This document shows, in pieces, positions 25,801 through 38,200 of a DNA stretch of 64,000 nucleotides. A program made the position numbers and the translations under genes. How positions within the stretch are numbered: the first letter of the stretch is position 1; each line of letters starts with the position of its first letter. The notes beneath the pieces are model-generated. The model did no database searches. It saw only the letters and a list, made by a program, of their open reading frames with translations, and had not been told where the DNA came from. The DNA is from Cenococcum geophilum (lineage: Eukaryota): positions 7,564,001-7,628,000 of the forward strand of contig CP158636.1 of the NCBI GenBank assembly GCA_050273025.1. The letters are read 5' to 3'.

Positions 25801-26458
25801 CGTAAACTCAACCAACACCACCTCGCTAGCTAGGTGGCTGCCAGCACGGTGCACAGCCCACCAAGGAACCCAGAAAATCACGATATATTCACTACTTATT
25901 TTTATAAGGCCCTCGCCGTACTACAATTCCGTTGGCCTTATTGTAGGCCCTTATAACATTACGTGTATCTATCTCTTTACGCTTCTAGGCCTTAATTACC
26001 TTATTAGCAGCCCTTTTCTTAAGCTTCTTTAGCTTCTCTTATGTATCCTACAACACTAAGAGTTCAGAATTCTCTATAGTATTGCACCTATCTTGTATAT
26101 AAAGTACGCCTCCCGTTTAAAGTAACTGCCGAGCATCCTTTTATATATCCTTATGCTTCTACGCTATAGCAGTAGTGCGTAATAAGTCTCTATATACAGC
26201 CTTAGCTGCAACCGCAATTGCTAGGCTACTATATATAAACTTTTCGTGCAGAATATACTATATATCTTCGTCCTCCTCCTAATCTAGTAGATTAGCTAGT
26301 ACTATAAGCGTACGCGCATAAGCTAGTGTCTCTAAAAGGTAATTTTCTATAAAACCTACATCTATAGGCGTTATTACCCGTGGTAATAGCATTTAAATTT
26401 GGCTAAGTATAATAGTAGGATTAAAAGGAATTAGCCCTAATTTTACCTAGGCGCTTAG
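25801..26458 (-). mobile_element. Fot1/pogo (Tc1-mariner superfamily) transposon 3' fragment, RIP-degraded
   Basis: Minus strand reads LSA*VKLGLIPFNPTIILSQ and RQLL*TGGVLY, typical of the C-terminal part of fungal pogo transposases. Cut at 26459 by an LTR. Confidence 0.6.
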
Positions 26459-27413
26459 TGTTACGGACGCTTTAAGTACGATATTACGACTACTTGGGGA
26501 AGAGTTAGAAGAAGCTAGTTAGTTAATATAAGCACGGTCCAGGATAGAGCCGGTAGAACTATATAATGAGGAATAGTAACTAAGGTTATATAATATGCTA
26601 CGTAAAGAACAAGAGAAATAAGAGGAACTTACGTACCTTACGTACTATACGTACATTACGTATAAAGAGAATTTCTTAGGAGTACGGTCGTGTATTTAAA
26701 GGACTACAGTCCCTACCTAGATAGTTCCTTCTTTGTAGTAATTCTTAGAATATAATTAGAGTTAATCTGTTAGGCAACCACTCCACTAGTTATTATTACG
26801 TTGTTGACTTCCTTGTATTACTTACACACCTAGCCTATTAACAGAACCTATTGTAGTACCCGCTACAAGGTTCCGTTACACAATTACTACCTAGTTACGG
26901 TATTAAGAAGTTAAACAACATGCCACTAAAAGCAGCCACCATAACGCCATTAACGGCAGCAATAACCTTAGGATTAGGTAACGATACTAGTATAGCAGAT
27001 AATAACTCGCAACTAGTCACAGTCAAACAGTTATAGGCGATAGTTAATTAGTTAATAGATAATAACACGGCACTTAAAAATAGGGTTAATAGAATAGAAG
27101 TAGCTAAGGTTAAGTTACCTTTAATTAAACAATTCTTAGGAGAAAGATTAAAGCTTAAAGGATTCCTTACGCAAATACACTTTAAAGTTACATAAAAAGG
27201 AGCAAAATTGGCGACACCTATGGATTAAGTAGCGTACGTAGGATTGTTCTTAATGGGGAGGGCACTTAAATGGTTTAAACCTTACCTTATAGAGATATAA
27301 GACAACGGTATAACAACTACTAATTAGGAAGTACGATATATATTTATAAGCTAGACTGGATTCGCGGAATAATTAATATAGATATTCGGGGACCCGGAAG
27401 TAATAACTACGGT
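26459..27413 (+). mobile_element. Ty3/gypsy 5' LTR (26459-26880) plus truncated gag
   Basis: TGTTACGGA...TTCCGTTACA termini. ATG at about 26920 gives a RIP-mutated gag (KLKGFLTQ...VAYVGLFLMGRALKWFKPY...IFGDPE) that stops abruptly at about 27413. Confidence 0.8.
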
Positions 27414-28618
27414 AGTCGCAGACTAAAACTCCCCTTGGCGGAATCCGACTCGGTTAGTCAGCATCGCCGCTCTACTCAGGCGCCAAGCACCCTCAACTCA
27501 CCCGCTACTTAGGCTACTCACCCTCCCGCTTAGGTCATGCTTAGGCTACTTAGTTACGTTACTGCTCCTCTATCTTATTAACTAATTATGCCTTAAAAGT
27601 ACTACGTCCTTACTGATGTAAATTATTAACTCTACACAATAATTTTAAGGGCTGTGTTTTAGGCCCACAGGTTCCTAAAACTAGGCCCCCCTTAAAATAG
27701 AGCATTCGCCCGTCCTAAGCTGCGTCTATATATAACATAGCGTCCCCAAAGGTATTAGTTAAAGAGGAGGTGCCTTATCTCTTGCTATAAGATCTCCTCT
27801 AGTCGCGCCCGTTCGCTCCATTCTACCTACTTACCACTTAATTTCCATCCTATCTTCTCTCTCTTTCTCCTTTTATCTGCTATTCCGCAGCTCGCCAGTC
27901 CACTCCTACAAGCTCGTCTTTATATTCCTCTTCCCTTCCTTCTTTACCTTAGCTTCTACTTACCTTGTCCGTTTCTCTATTAAATACTAAAAAAGAAGAA
28001 CCCTTGCGAGTTCCTTACCGCAGTAAGGGTAAAGGGCTTTAACCAAAGTAGAGAGGGTATAGATAGTAGTAAAGTTTAAAAGCGTCTTAAGCTAAAGATA
28101 GAGAAAGCTTATCTTAGAAAGGTAGAGCTATAGTACTAGTAAGTTATAATTAGCGTACTATAGCGGTCGGATTCTATCCTACTCTAACCCTTTACTAAAT
28201 AGATTCGCTAAAGAAAATCCTAGTTCTTCTCTATATAACCTAAAATCCTTAAAAGATTTTATTAAGAATATAGCATATAGTATTAATGGCGTTAAGGATA
28301 ATCTAACAGCAGCCTTAGATACTATTAGCTAGTACTAAAAAGATTTTATAACTAGCTGGCGTTATATTAATACCGCAATACCCATAAATATAACCCTCTT
28401 TATTATAAATATATATTTCATCTATATTTTCCTATTTTCTCCTTATTAGAGTTCTAATTTTATTTAGTTTATTAAAGGCCCGCTAGCTAATAAACTAAAA
28501 ATACCTAGGAAAAAAAGGCTAAGAAGGTTTATAACTAAGAACTACTTTATTTATTTAGAAAGGCAGCTATAAATAGTAGATTGGGTTGCGTATAAATAAC
28601 TAGTAATAAGAGTAAATA

Positions 28619-28703
28619 GGCCGTCGAAATCGGACTCTGCACCTGTACGTGGTGACGGCTACGAACCTGGTCTTCGAAGTTCAGATCCAGAGCCAACGCA
28701 GAG
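28619..28703 (+). ncRNA. HDV-like self-cleaving ribozyme
   Basis: P1 GGCCGUC/GACGGCU, P2 CUCUGC/GCAGAG, P3 ACC/GGU, L3 UGUACGU, P1.1 GU/AC, P4 CUGG-UCU/AGA-U-CCAG, J4/2 AGCCAAC. The first G abuts the TSD. Confidence 0.82.
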
Positions 28704-29643
28704 ACGTCGCATAGCGTGCGGACAGGACCGGTGGTGGTTGTGGGCGTTGAGGGCGGTGGTGAGAAATTTTCGGATGGTGAGATCTTAAAAACCACTACTG
28801 TTGGCTCTCTACAATGCGATGACTACTACGTTCTCCTATCCAGGGCACCTGTACGATCCAACATGGATACGCGGTATTCGATATTATCCCCCGTCCCCCA
28901 GTAGAAAGCATCGACGACCTTATATTAATAAATAAGTAAACGCGAACAAACGAACGAACGAGCAAATATACGGCCCCTCCTAACCCCTAGGGCGATCGCC
29001 CGCGGAGCATGCGGTTACTCGCCATACTGCCGTAATACTACTGAAAGCGGCAGCTGGATAACCCCGTACGGTTTTCCTTGTCTCCTCTCGACGGAGTGGT
29101 GCCCTTAGAGAGGGCCTAGTGACTAGGGCCTAGGCACAAAAGATACCCAGATATACACACACATCCCGCTTTCGTCTTTTAGTATTAGGATGGTAGAACG
29201 GATAAATCCCCCTTACGCCTTCGATAGGCCTTAGGGGGGGGGAGGCATGGCGTATATGGCAATGGTTAACAAGAGATAGTATATAGGGGGTGGTTAAGAT
29301 ACGGGGCATAACTACAAGCATAAGCACAGCAATCGAACGGCAAGGCCTAGCTAGGACGTAGTGAACCCTAGCTTTGGATAAGCCAAAGAAGGAAGCAGTG
29401 GTTCCTAAGGAGTTCGAATCATCCAAGGAGGACAGGACGTAGCCGTAGGCCCGCAGGGCCGCCGCTACGGACGGACATGGCAAAACAGGGGTTTTTCATC
29501 CTACTGAGGTGGCTTATAGGGTTTTTCCGTCCCCTATATCAACAAGGGTTTTCTTCTTGTCAATTTATAAGTTTCCCTTGTGTACAGAGTAGTCTGCGTG
29601 GGCCTAGATAGGATCCGTATCAGACATTAATTAAAGAACTTAC
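28619..29643 (+). mobile_element. Non-autonomous non-LTR retroposon headed by an HDV-like ribozyme, copy 2
   Basis: 15-bp direct repeat TAATAAGAGTAAATA at 28604-28618 and 29644-29658. The DUF3435 frame resumes across it. It is more GC-rich than its flanks and its ends resemble copy 1. Confidence 0.82.
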
Positions 29644-31096
29644 TAATAAGAGTAAATAATTAGGCAGACCTTATAGCTATTATTTATTCTTCCGCGCGAG
29701 TTGGTAAATATATTAAGTCTAGCTATTAAGCGGGTTTTAGCTAGGGTTTACACTATAAGGTAAGGAAACCCCCCCCTTCCCCTCCCTAATATATATATAT
29801 ATATAGCGTAGTAGGCAAATAGATTAACTTAGTTATAATATAAGATATAACTTTTGTAGTATTTCGCAATAAGTATAAAAACGCAGAGTTTGCTATTTAA
29901 ATTATTTAAAATACTAAAAACATAACCACAATATTAGACAAAAGGTAAGCGCTAGGTTACTTAGCCTATTAATTTAAGCGGCGGTTTTAATTCTTATATT
30001 AGTAGGCCAGAACACTCTCTATATAAGGGTATAATATTAATACCTCTTATTTATAGCCCTATACTCCTAATACTGGCCATACTTATTACAGTAAAGGTAT
30101 TTAGGGACTATAATACTATTAAAGAGCTCCTTAATATAGTACCACCGAAGGGGGAGATACTTTATTTATAATGGAAAGAAAGTATACTTAATATACCTTT
30201 CTTTAAGAGCATATCCATAAGACAGAAAATTAAGAAGGTAAACGCATTTAGCTTCCGCCTTAAAGCGCTAGGCATCTACACAGAATACCCTTAGCCGCCT
30301 ATAATTTACAACTTTAGGGTAGAGGATTTATACTAGATTAGTATATATCTAGTTATTCCTTCTATCTTTAGGCTACTTACTAATTAATTTCTGGTAAAGA
30401 CAAGCTATATTTAGCCGCTTAAAAAATAAAGCACGCTAGGTAGAGAGATTTAAATACGTTTAATAATTACTATATACCCAATAATAGTGGTATAGATAGC
30501 TAGGCGAGCTACTTCCGCACCAAACTATGTAGCATTATTAATAACTTCTTCCGCGGTTTATCTCTTCCTTATAACCTAAAACTATAGCAATCTCTTTTAG
30601 CGGAGAAGCAGTATAAATTTAAGAATAGCTTAAAATATATTAATATAGAGAAGGAGATTGCCGCTTTAAAAGGGAAGAAGGATATAAACTCTATAACCTA
30701 TTAAACGAAGCTTTATACGCAGAAATACAAACTAACTACTAAAGAACTCTATAAGTAGTAGAAGGTGCAGCTATATAGACCAGATATTAATAGTAAGGAT
30801 AATACCTTACCATACTATTACTAGACTATATTTAACCGAACTTAATTTCTTATACCTAAACGGGACCGCCTTACATATTTTTTTTTTAAGGTCGCTACCT
30901 TATAAAGCCCTATAGGTCTTAGCGCTCTCCGCGACATAGTTACGCTATATTAAAAGGATACTAAAGTAGAGTTTTAACTAGGCTTAGAGCTAGAGAAGTA
31001 CTATTACTCTAACTTAACAGGCTAGCGGAAGACAGCTTAATCTCCGCTCGGCGATATAAAGATAAAAACCACTTACGATTAGAGGTATATATACAA

Positions 31097-31283
31097 TGTC
31101 ACGGCACTGACCTGACGCGTTGTTATGGCTCGTGTACGCGTATACATGAGCACGGACCTGACCCCTGAGCGACACGTATATATACCGCCTCACCTCCTAC
31201 ATAGATCCTCACACGACATCGTTTGTCAATCATATACAGTCACCTCGTACATCGTACCTTGACAGTCCGCACGTACTGTGACA
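31097..31283. mobile_element. Solo LTR
   Basis: TGTCAC...GTGACA termini, TSD TACAA (31092-31096 and 31284-31288), 187 bp, little RIP. Confidence 0.85.
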
Positions 31284-32784
31284 TACAACTACTATAAAAA
31301 GAGGTACAATGGCTTTTTTAAGTTATACTTCTAATATAACTAGTGGATTTTTAGGGAAGTATAATAAAGCGACCACTATAAAGCGTATCTAGACAACCGT
31401 AAAACACTTCCTATTTAATACGACCCTCTTATATATAATAGGGTGCTTACTACTACCGGCTACTATCCTTTCTACCTTAGTAGTACTACGCTAGCTACGG
31501 TATAAATATATTAATTCCTAAAACGGGCTATATAGAAAGAGCATATTTATAGGTATATAGAAACCCTAAATAAGAGTAAACCGCTAAATTGCCCTTACCT
31601 AGGTTTACAATATAGGGCAATATTTAATTTAGTTAGGAAGCTAAAATTCCATCTCTAAAATATTTATTGCCTTAACTTTATTAAGGAACTAAAATCACTA
31701 AAAAGATTAAAAGAAGACTGTAAGATAGAAATATAGCTAGCTAAAGTTAAGAGGCAGAGGTCCAGCTATAAGAAGGAATTAAGTATAGGTAATAAAGCTC
31801 TAGCTAAAGTAGGATACGGTTTTATTAATAAGATAATAGAAAGTATTAGCTAATACCCGTCTAACAGATCTATAACACCCTTAAGCTATTTAATATTAGA
31901 TTTCGGTAGTTATATAAGTAGTAGCTAAACTAAGAACGGAAGTTTTTCTAATACCAACACCCCGCCGCTATCTATGTGCAGTAGAATACCTAAGAAAATT
32001 AACCCTAGATTTCTCCCTTAAGTAGTAACCCGGAGTAGTATAATATTTAAGCATAATATAATTAATATAGTAGACCTTATAAACCCTAGTAAAGATAGAA
32101 CGCTTGCTCTAAATTAAAAAGATTCTAATATAACTTTAACTTCGCGTACGTATTAATAACTAACGGCTAAGATTATTACGTCTAACTAGGGTATAGATTA
32201 TCTTATATACGTAAGAGATATAGAGGACTATTTAACTATTAAAGCCTTATTTTACGGCGTAAAACTAAAAAACTTAACCAATGCTACTCTAAGCTTAGGA
32301 TATATAGAGATTAAGAAGTAGGAGTATAGCGCTCTAAACGCTCTAGTTATTCTTAATAGTGCTAATTTACTTAGCCCTAGGTATATTAATTCCAGCATAA
32401 CCCCTTATAATATATACTTAGGATATACCTCTACTTTTAATCTATAGATTAATAGCCTCATCGGCAAAATATGGTACCCTACCAATGGCCTCAATGGTTG
32501 GTGGTTGACGCAATTGGCGCGCAGTTGAGGGCATTTGGCAACTCGACCGACTAGCCTATATCGTGTTTTTTTGACACGCAGCCTGCGCGCAGTCTGCGCG
32601 CAACCTGCGCGCAACCTGCGCGAAACCTGCCAGCAATCTGCGCATTTGGCAACCACAATTATATTTACCTCTTTTATACTAATAGCATATTTTAAATAAA
32701 TAAAAGCTACTTTAAGGCTATTTATAAGGCTAGTAAAATAAATATTATTTTAGATAATTTAATATAATATAGCAATGGTTCTCT

Positions 32785-33195
32785 TCTACCTATCTACCTA
32801 TTGACTTACCTACCTACCTATCTACCTACCTACCTACATCGCCTACCTGTCTACATTGCCTACCTGTCTGCATCGCCTACCTATCTGCATTGCCTACCTG
32901 TCTATATCGCCTACCTGTCTGCATCGCCTACCTATCTGCATCGCCTACCTGTTTACATTGCCTACCTATCTACATCGCCTACCTATCTGCATTGCCTACC
33001 TGTCTGCATCGCCTACCTGTCTGCATCGCCTACCTATTTGCATCTGCCTACCTATCTATATCTGCCTACCCGTCAGCATTTACTTACCTGTCTGCATCTG
33101 CTTGCCTATCTGCATCTAATTACCAGTCTGCATCTGCCTACCTGTCAGCATCTGCCTACCCGTCAGCATCTCCCTGTTTGTGCCTACCTGTCTAT
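32785..33195. repeat. About 17-bp minisatellite (CCTACCTGTCTGCATCG)n
   Basis: Directly visible tandem repeat, degenerating from (CCTA)n. Confidence 0.9.
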
Positions 33196-33244
33196 GCTGC
33201 CTTGATTCGATCGATCGATTAAATCGTTTATAGTGTTCGCTGGC

Positions 33245-33920
33245 TAGTCGTTGTCGTCTGGCTCTGGCGACGGTCGTCTGGTTCTGGCGACGGTCGTCTA
33301 GTTCTGGTAACGGTCGTCTGGTTCTAGCGACGATCGTCTGGTTCTGGCGACGGTCGTCTAGCTCTGGCGACGGTCGTCTGGCGACGGTTGTGTGGTTCTG
33401 GTAACGGTCGTCTGGCTGGCGACGGTTGTCTAGTTCTGGCGACGGTCGTCTAGCGCTGGCAACGGTCGTCTGGTTCTGGCGACGGTCGTCTGGCTCTGGC
33501 AACGGTCGTCTAGTTCTAGTAACGGTCGTCTAGCTGGCGACGGTCGTCTGGTTCTGGCGACGGTCGTCTAGTTCTGGCGACGGTCATCTGGCTCTGGCAA
33601 CGGTCGTCTGGTTCTGGTAACGGTCGTCTGGCTGGCGACGGTCGTCTGGTTCTGGCGACGGTCGTCTGGCGCTGGCAACGGTCGTCTGGTTCTGGCGACG
33701 GTCGTCTGGCTCTGGCAACGGTCGTCTGGTTCTGGCGACGGTCGTCTGGCTCTGGCAACGGTCGTCTGGTTCTGGTAACGGTCGTCTGGCTGGCGACGGT
33801 CGTCTGGTTCTGGCGACAGTCGTCTGGTTCTGGCGACGGTCGTCTGGCTGGCGATGGTCGTCTAGTTCTGGTAACGGTCATCTGGTTCTGGCGACGGTCG
33901 TCTAGTTCTAGCAACGGTCC
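33245..33920. repeat. 16/20-bp minisatellite (GACGGTCGTCTGG[TTCT]GGC)n
   Basis: Directly visible GC-rich tandem repeat with two unit lengths. Confidence 0.92.
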
Positions 33921-34049
33921 TCTGCTGGCTGCCGTTCTGGTGCCTCCCTAGGTAGGGAGGATATAAAGAAGGAAGGAAGGGTAAAAAATAAGGTGGTTAC
34001 ATAGGGTAGAGGCACGTGTAGAGGCTATCGGGAATATAGCGGGGACCCG

Positions 34050-34428
34050 ATGCAGAGCTTCGTGTAGAGCCTCTGTACGCAGAGCTTCGCGCAGAGCCTC
34101 GTGCAGAGCCTCTGTACGCAGAGCTTCTCGCAGAGCCTCGTGCAGAGCCTCTGTACGCAGAGCTTCGCGCAGAGCCTCGCGCAGAGCCTCGTGCAGAGCC
34201 TCGTGCAGAGCTTCGTGCAGAGCTTCGTGCAGAGCTTCGTGCAGAGCTTCGTGCAGAGCTTCGTGCAGAGCTTCGTGCAGAGCCTCTGTACGCAGAGCTT
34301 CGTGTAGAGCCTCGTGAAGAGCCTTATGCGAAGCTTCGTGCAGAGCTTTGTGCAGAGCCTCTATGCGCAGAGCTTCGTGCAGAGCCTCTGTACGCAGAGC
34401 TTCGTGTAGAGCCTCGTGCAGAGCCTCC
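34050..34428. repeat. 12/15-bp minisatellite (GCAGAGCTTCGT)n
   Basis: Directly visible. All units are multiples of 3 and read (EALH/EALRT)n on the minus strand. Confidence 0.92.
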
Positions 34429-34567
34429 AAGTAATAAGACTATAAGATTGTATGAGATTGTATGAGATTGTATAAGATTGTATAGGATTATATATAATAG
34501 TTAAATATATAGTATATAACTTTACCTTAATCGCACGTTAAGAAATATACAGTTAGCTTTTAAAGTT

Positions 34568-34920
34568 GTTAAGTAGGTTAACTACATGTTAAGTTAGTTA
34601 AATTATATATTAAGTAGGTCAATTGCGTGTTAAGTTAATTAAATTATATATTAAGTAGGTCAACTGCGTGTTAAGTTAGTTAAATTGTATGTTAAGTAGG
34701 TCAACTGCGTATTAAGTTAGTTAAATTATATGTTAAGTAGGTTAACTGCGTGTTAAGTTAGTTAAATTGCATGTTAAGTAGGTCAACTGTGTATTAAGTT
34801 GGTTAAATTGCATGTTAAGTAGGTTAACTGCGTGTTAAGTTAGTTAAATTGCATGTTAAGTTGGTCAATTATATGTTAAGTTGGTTAATTGCGTGTCGAG
34901 TTGGTTAAATTGTATATCAA
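34568..34920. repeat. 41-bp (20+21) tandem repeat TTAAGTAGGTCAACTGCGTG-TTAAGTTAGTTAAATTGCATG
   Basis: Directly visible alternating two-subunit repeat, preceded by a 10-bp (ATAAGATTGT)n run at about 34434-34490. Confidence 0.88.
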
Positions 34921-35077
34921 TTACGCGAAACGCGAAAACCAAAGTCTACTTGAATCTCATCCTGCGAATATTTTCCCGATGCTACTATTACTAGCCAAAT
35001 ACACCAAGGGTAATATTGGAGAATTAACCTCTATATAAGCTATTTGAGATATTGGCCTACTTACCCCTATAAACGCG

Positions 35078-35273
35078 GAGGATAATCAGTTCACCGTTAA
35101 ACGGCTAGTCGAAAAGCGCGTCCGCTAAATTAGTAGACGTAGGAAAATCCAATATCTAGTTAAGTAAAAAGGTTATCCTAATAGCGAAAACACTTAGGAA
35201 GATAAGATAGATATATATAATAATTTAATTAAGGCCTTTAAAGCCCGGAAGCGCCTCAGCGTCTTAGAATAAC
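35078..35273 (+). pseudogene. Chromodomain relic
   Basis: EDNQFTVKRLVEKRVR*ISRRRKIQYLVK*KGYPNSENT*ED...LIKAF. The chromodomain signature YLVKWxGYxxxENTWE is present, with both W codons turned into stops. Confidence 0.8.
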
Positions 35274-38200
35274 CGTGGCCGGGGTCCAAGAGATTATCGT
35301 TTAATTACTACTCTCACTCCCTGCTAGGCTTAAGGTCAAGCCTATTATAATTAGACGGATACATTAGGCACTATTTTCTATTATAATTTTTTTCCCTTTT
35401 CCTTTAACTTTTAACTTTGTTAAGGATACTTTAAGAATACCTTTAATAGTTATAGTTATAGTTTACCAATAGAGATTTACGCCCCTAACTATGTCCTTAC
35501 TATATAGACTAGAGTTCTTAAATTCTAAATAATAAGAATTAATACAGTAATACGGGCCTACGCTAATTTTAGTATTACTACCACTTGCCTCTTAAAAATG
35601 TTGCGCTATTATCTTTCCTATAGTATATATTAGTTATACTATAAATAGAAGGTTCCTAGAAAAGGGACCCTATTTAAAATAAGTATCCTAGGACTAGTTC
35701 TAGGGTCCTAAATCGCATCTTATTAAAACCTATGTTATTTTTATACCAAGCTAAGCAGCCTTATATTACTTAGTTTAAATAAATAAATAAATCTTTTATT
35801 TGTATTTTTATGGATTATAGAGGTATAAACTAAAATGGCTTTAATATAATTGAGTAATATTAAACGCGGAAAGTAGAGGAACAAGTGCTAGAAGTAATTA
35901 TTAAAACATATATATAAGACCGAGTAAGCTCTATTTAATTATAACTAACGCTTCTATAGGGAGTAAGTTAGGAATTATAATAGAGCCGTTATAAGTTCGT
36001 CTTATTCCTAGCCCAGACAATCCTTATATTTAGAAAGTGCTACTAGAAAAGGAGGAACTATTCTTAAGAATTTTTTAAAAAAATATAAGCGATTATTCTA
36101 TTAGTGCTTATAAGGAATTATATAAAGGAGTTAATATAACCTTTAAGGCTATATAGGTTATAGCTACCGTAAAGATAAACTCTGCAAAAGCGCAAGGCGT
36201 TATAATATCAGTAAATATATATAAGATGTTTTAAATTATTAGGTTTTCTAACTTCTTATAGACATTAAACTACCTAGAGGTTAGCTTTAGTGCAAAAATT
36301 AATAAGCTGCGAATGGAAAATGCTAGGTTAGCCTAAGAGTTAAGTAAATTAAAAGATAAGATATCTATAGAGATAGAGCTTAGGTAGCAGGTAGAGGAAG
36401 AAGTAAGTTAGCTTAGGAATACTAACTAGCAACTTTAATAAGAGGCTTAAAACAGCGTAATAAAGTATATTTAAGGGCTTAATTTAATTGGGCTTCTATT
36501 AGAGGAGTTAAAAACCTAAGCGCCTCTAGGAGGTTGCGATATCTTTTATTAGGTTAAATCCCCAATCTAAGCCAGTAATTTAGATAGTTAAAAAATTTAA
36601 GTATTTAAAATTCGCTAAAAATAAGAGGTATTTAAAAGGTTATAAGAGCGAGCGAGTAAGTAAGTATATAAAGTAGGAATAAAAGAGTATAGAACAAAAA
36701 GCGTTCTTTTAGTTAAACTAAATATCCGTTTATCTTCGTCCTAGTTATACTAAGTATAAAAACTACCTTAAAAATATAATAAGTGATTAGGCGTTAGGCT
36801 TCGCGCTCTAACTTAAGAAAAAGATATATCCTTAACTTTAGACTAGCAAGTAGTTATAATTTATAAAGATTTTAGCTACTAATACTTTACCTAAGTATAT
36901 ACTTTCTAGGGCTTAATAACTTAAGCAAAACTCTCTCCTCGGAACTGCTATCATTGTATAGTAACGCTAATAACTTACTACCTAAATTAATATCATTATA
37001 TAGACGTATAGTAATATTTAGGAATACGCCGTCTACGTTATTCCTGTTATTAAGTATTAAGTATTATAGTAGAGGTTTTTGGATTAAGGCACTTAATTCC
37101 GTTAGTTATTATTTATAGGCCTAATTAAAAACCCAATGAGAAAAACAATAGATGTGGGTTTTTAAACGGTTTTAGAGTATAGGCTAAGACCTAGTAAAGG
37201 CTATAGCCTATAGTAGGCGTTTAATAATAATAAAAATGTATATACTAATAATTAGAGATGTTATTAGTTAATAAGGAGACGAGATAGTATAATATATATA
37301 TATTTCTAGCATAGATTTTATAAAATTATCTAATAATATTAATTTATAAAAAAAATAGAAAGGGCCTAATTCTGGGCCCCCGTTACATCACTATAGGTTA
37401 GCTATTTTTATATTACTTAGGACTATTTTTAGGACTAAAAGTTCTTATATAAGTATTAAAAGAATTTATATAGAAACTAGCCTATTCCTATTTTAATATA
37501 ACTAGTTTTAAAGCATTCTCTTAAAGTCTATTATCCTCTTACTATAGTAAAGGGAGGAACGTAGCTAAAGCGAGGTGTCTTAGTTACCTTTATACTTACT
37601 ATCATCTATTATATAGTTTTAGCGCTATAGGTACTATATAAGGAAAGCAATATAAAGGTAGATATTATAACCTTAAGTATAAGACATTACTCTCTATCCA
37701 GATTTATATAAGTGGCTTTAACTAATAGGTTCTTAAATTTAGTTTAATTTTACTGTTAAACCTCTAGATAATCCCTTTATTATACTATACGCCCTTCTAA
37801 AGCAAGACATTCTTTAATCTTTTTAGACCGAAGTTATAAGTGTTACCAATAGCGTTGCAACGGCTATCTTTAGTGCTATTAGCTAAGTACAAAGCGCCGT
37901 AAACGCTGCCGCTATAGCTATTCCCAAAGCCATTAAGGAATTAATTCCTAAAAATTGCTTATTAGGTATAAAACAATTCTGTATTAGATTTACTTATAAT
38001 ATAATATACAATAACTTACTATTAGCTCTCTCTAATATAGTGCTAAAAGAGGTTAAAAGCTTTCTTAGAGACCAACTTAATAACCTTTAATCTCTAAAAG
38101 GGATTTTAATAAAAGTCACTTTTATATATATCTAGGACTGCTTAATTATAGGACAGGTTTTAATGCTTATCTTAGCCACTATATTCTTCTATTCAATATT

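Larger units (their letters stand above)
27984..32021 (+). pseudogene. DUF3435 tyrosine recombinase (Starship captain-like) with C-terminal Cys/His region; RIP-degraded and interrupted by two insertions
   Basis: De-RIPped translation gives PRRFATKNHF..LW..DW, SSARVGEYIES...SGRGLHY, FRNE.GNAEFA, DAKNM, GYP.PPT.HDFRAEGL, MKHAGQRD.NTF..YY.PNNSG.DGQ.SYF and LPRNPELWQSLPAEK. These are YR catalytic R, K, HxxR, H and Y positions, with several GT-AG introns. The 3' end may extend to about 32400. Confidence 0.8.

Noticed and set aside
27380..27480. 5S rDNA or other defined target site at the putative Starship left end
   Set aside because: No 5S sequence at the junction. A direct repeat cannot be tested without the right end.
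32460..32660. Possible MITE (GTGGTTG...CAACCAC, internal CCTGCGCGCAA repeats)
   Set aside because: The inverted match is too short and there is no TSD. It may be a TE end but cannot be supported.
32801..33914. ORFs over the 17-bp and 16/20-bp repeats
   Set aside because: Unit lengths are not multiples of 3 and the ORFs are low-complexity by-products.
33948..34430. 160-aa (EALH)n ORF as a real protein
   Set aside because: It arises from a 12-bp minisatellite, has a non-ATG start and is open on both strands. No independent support.
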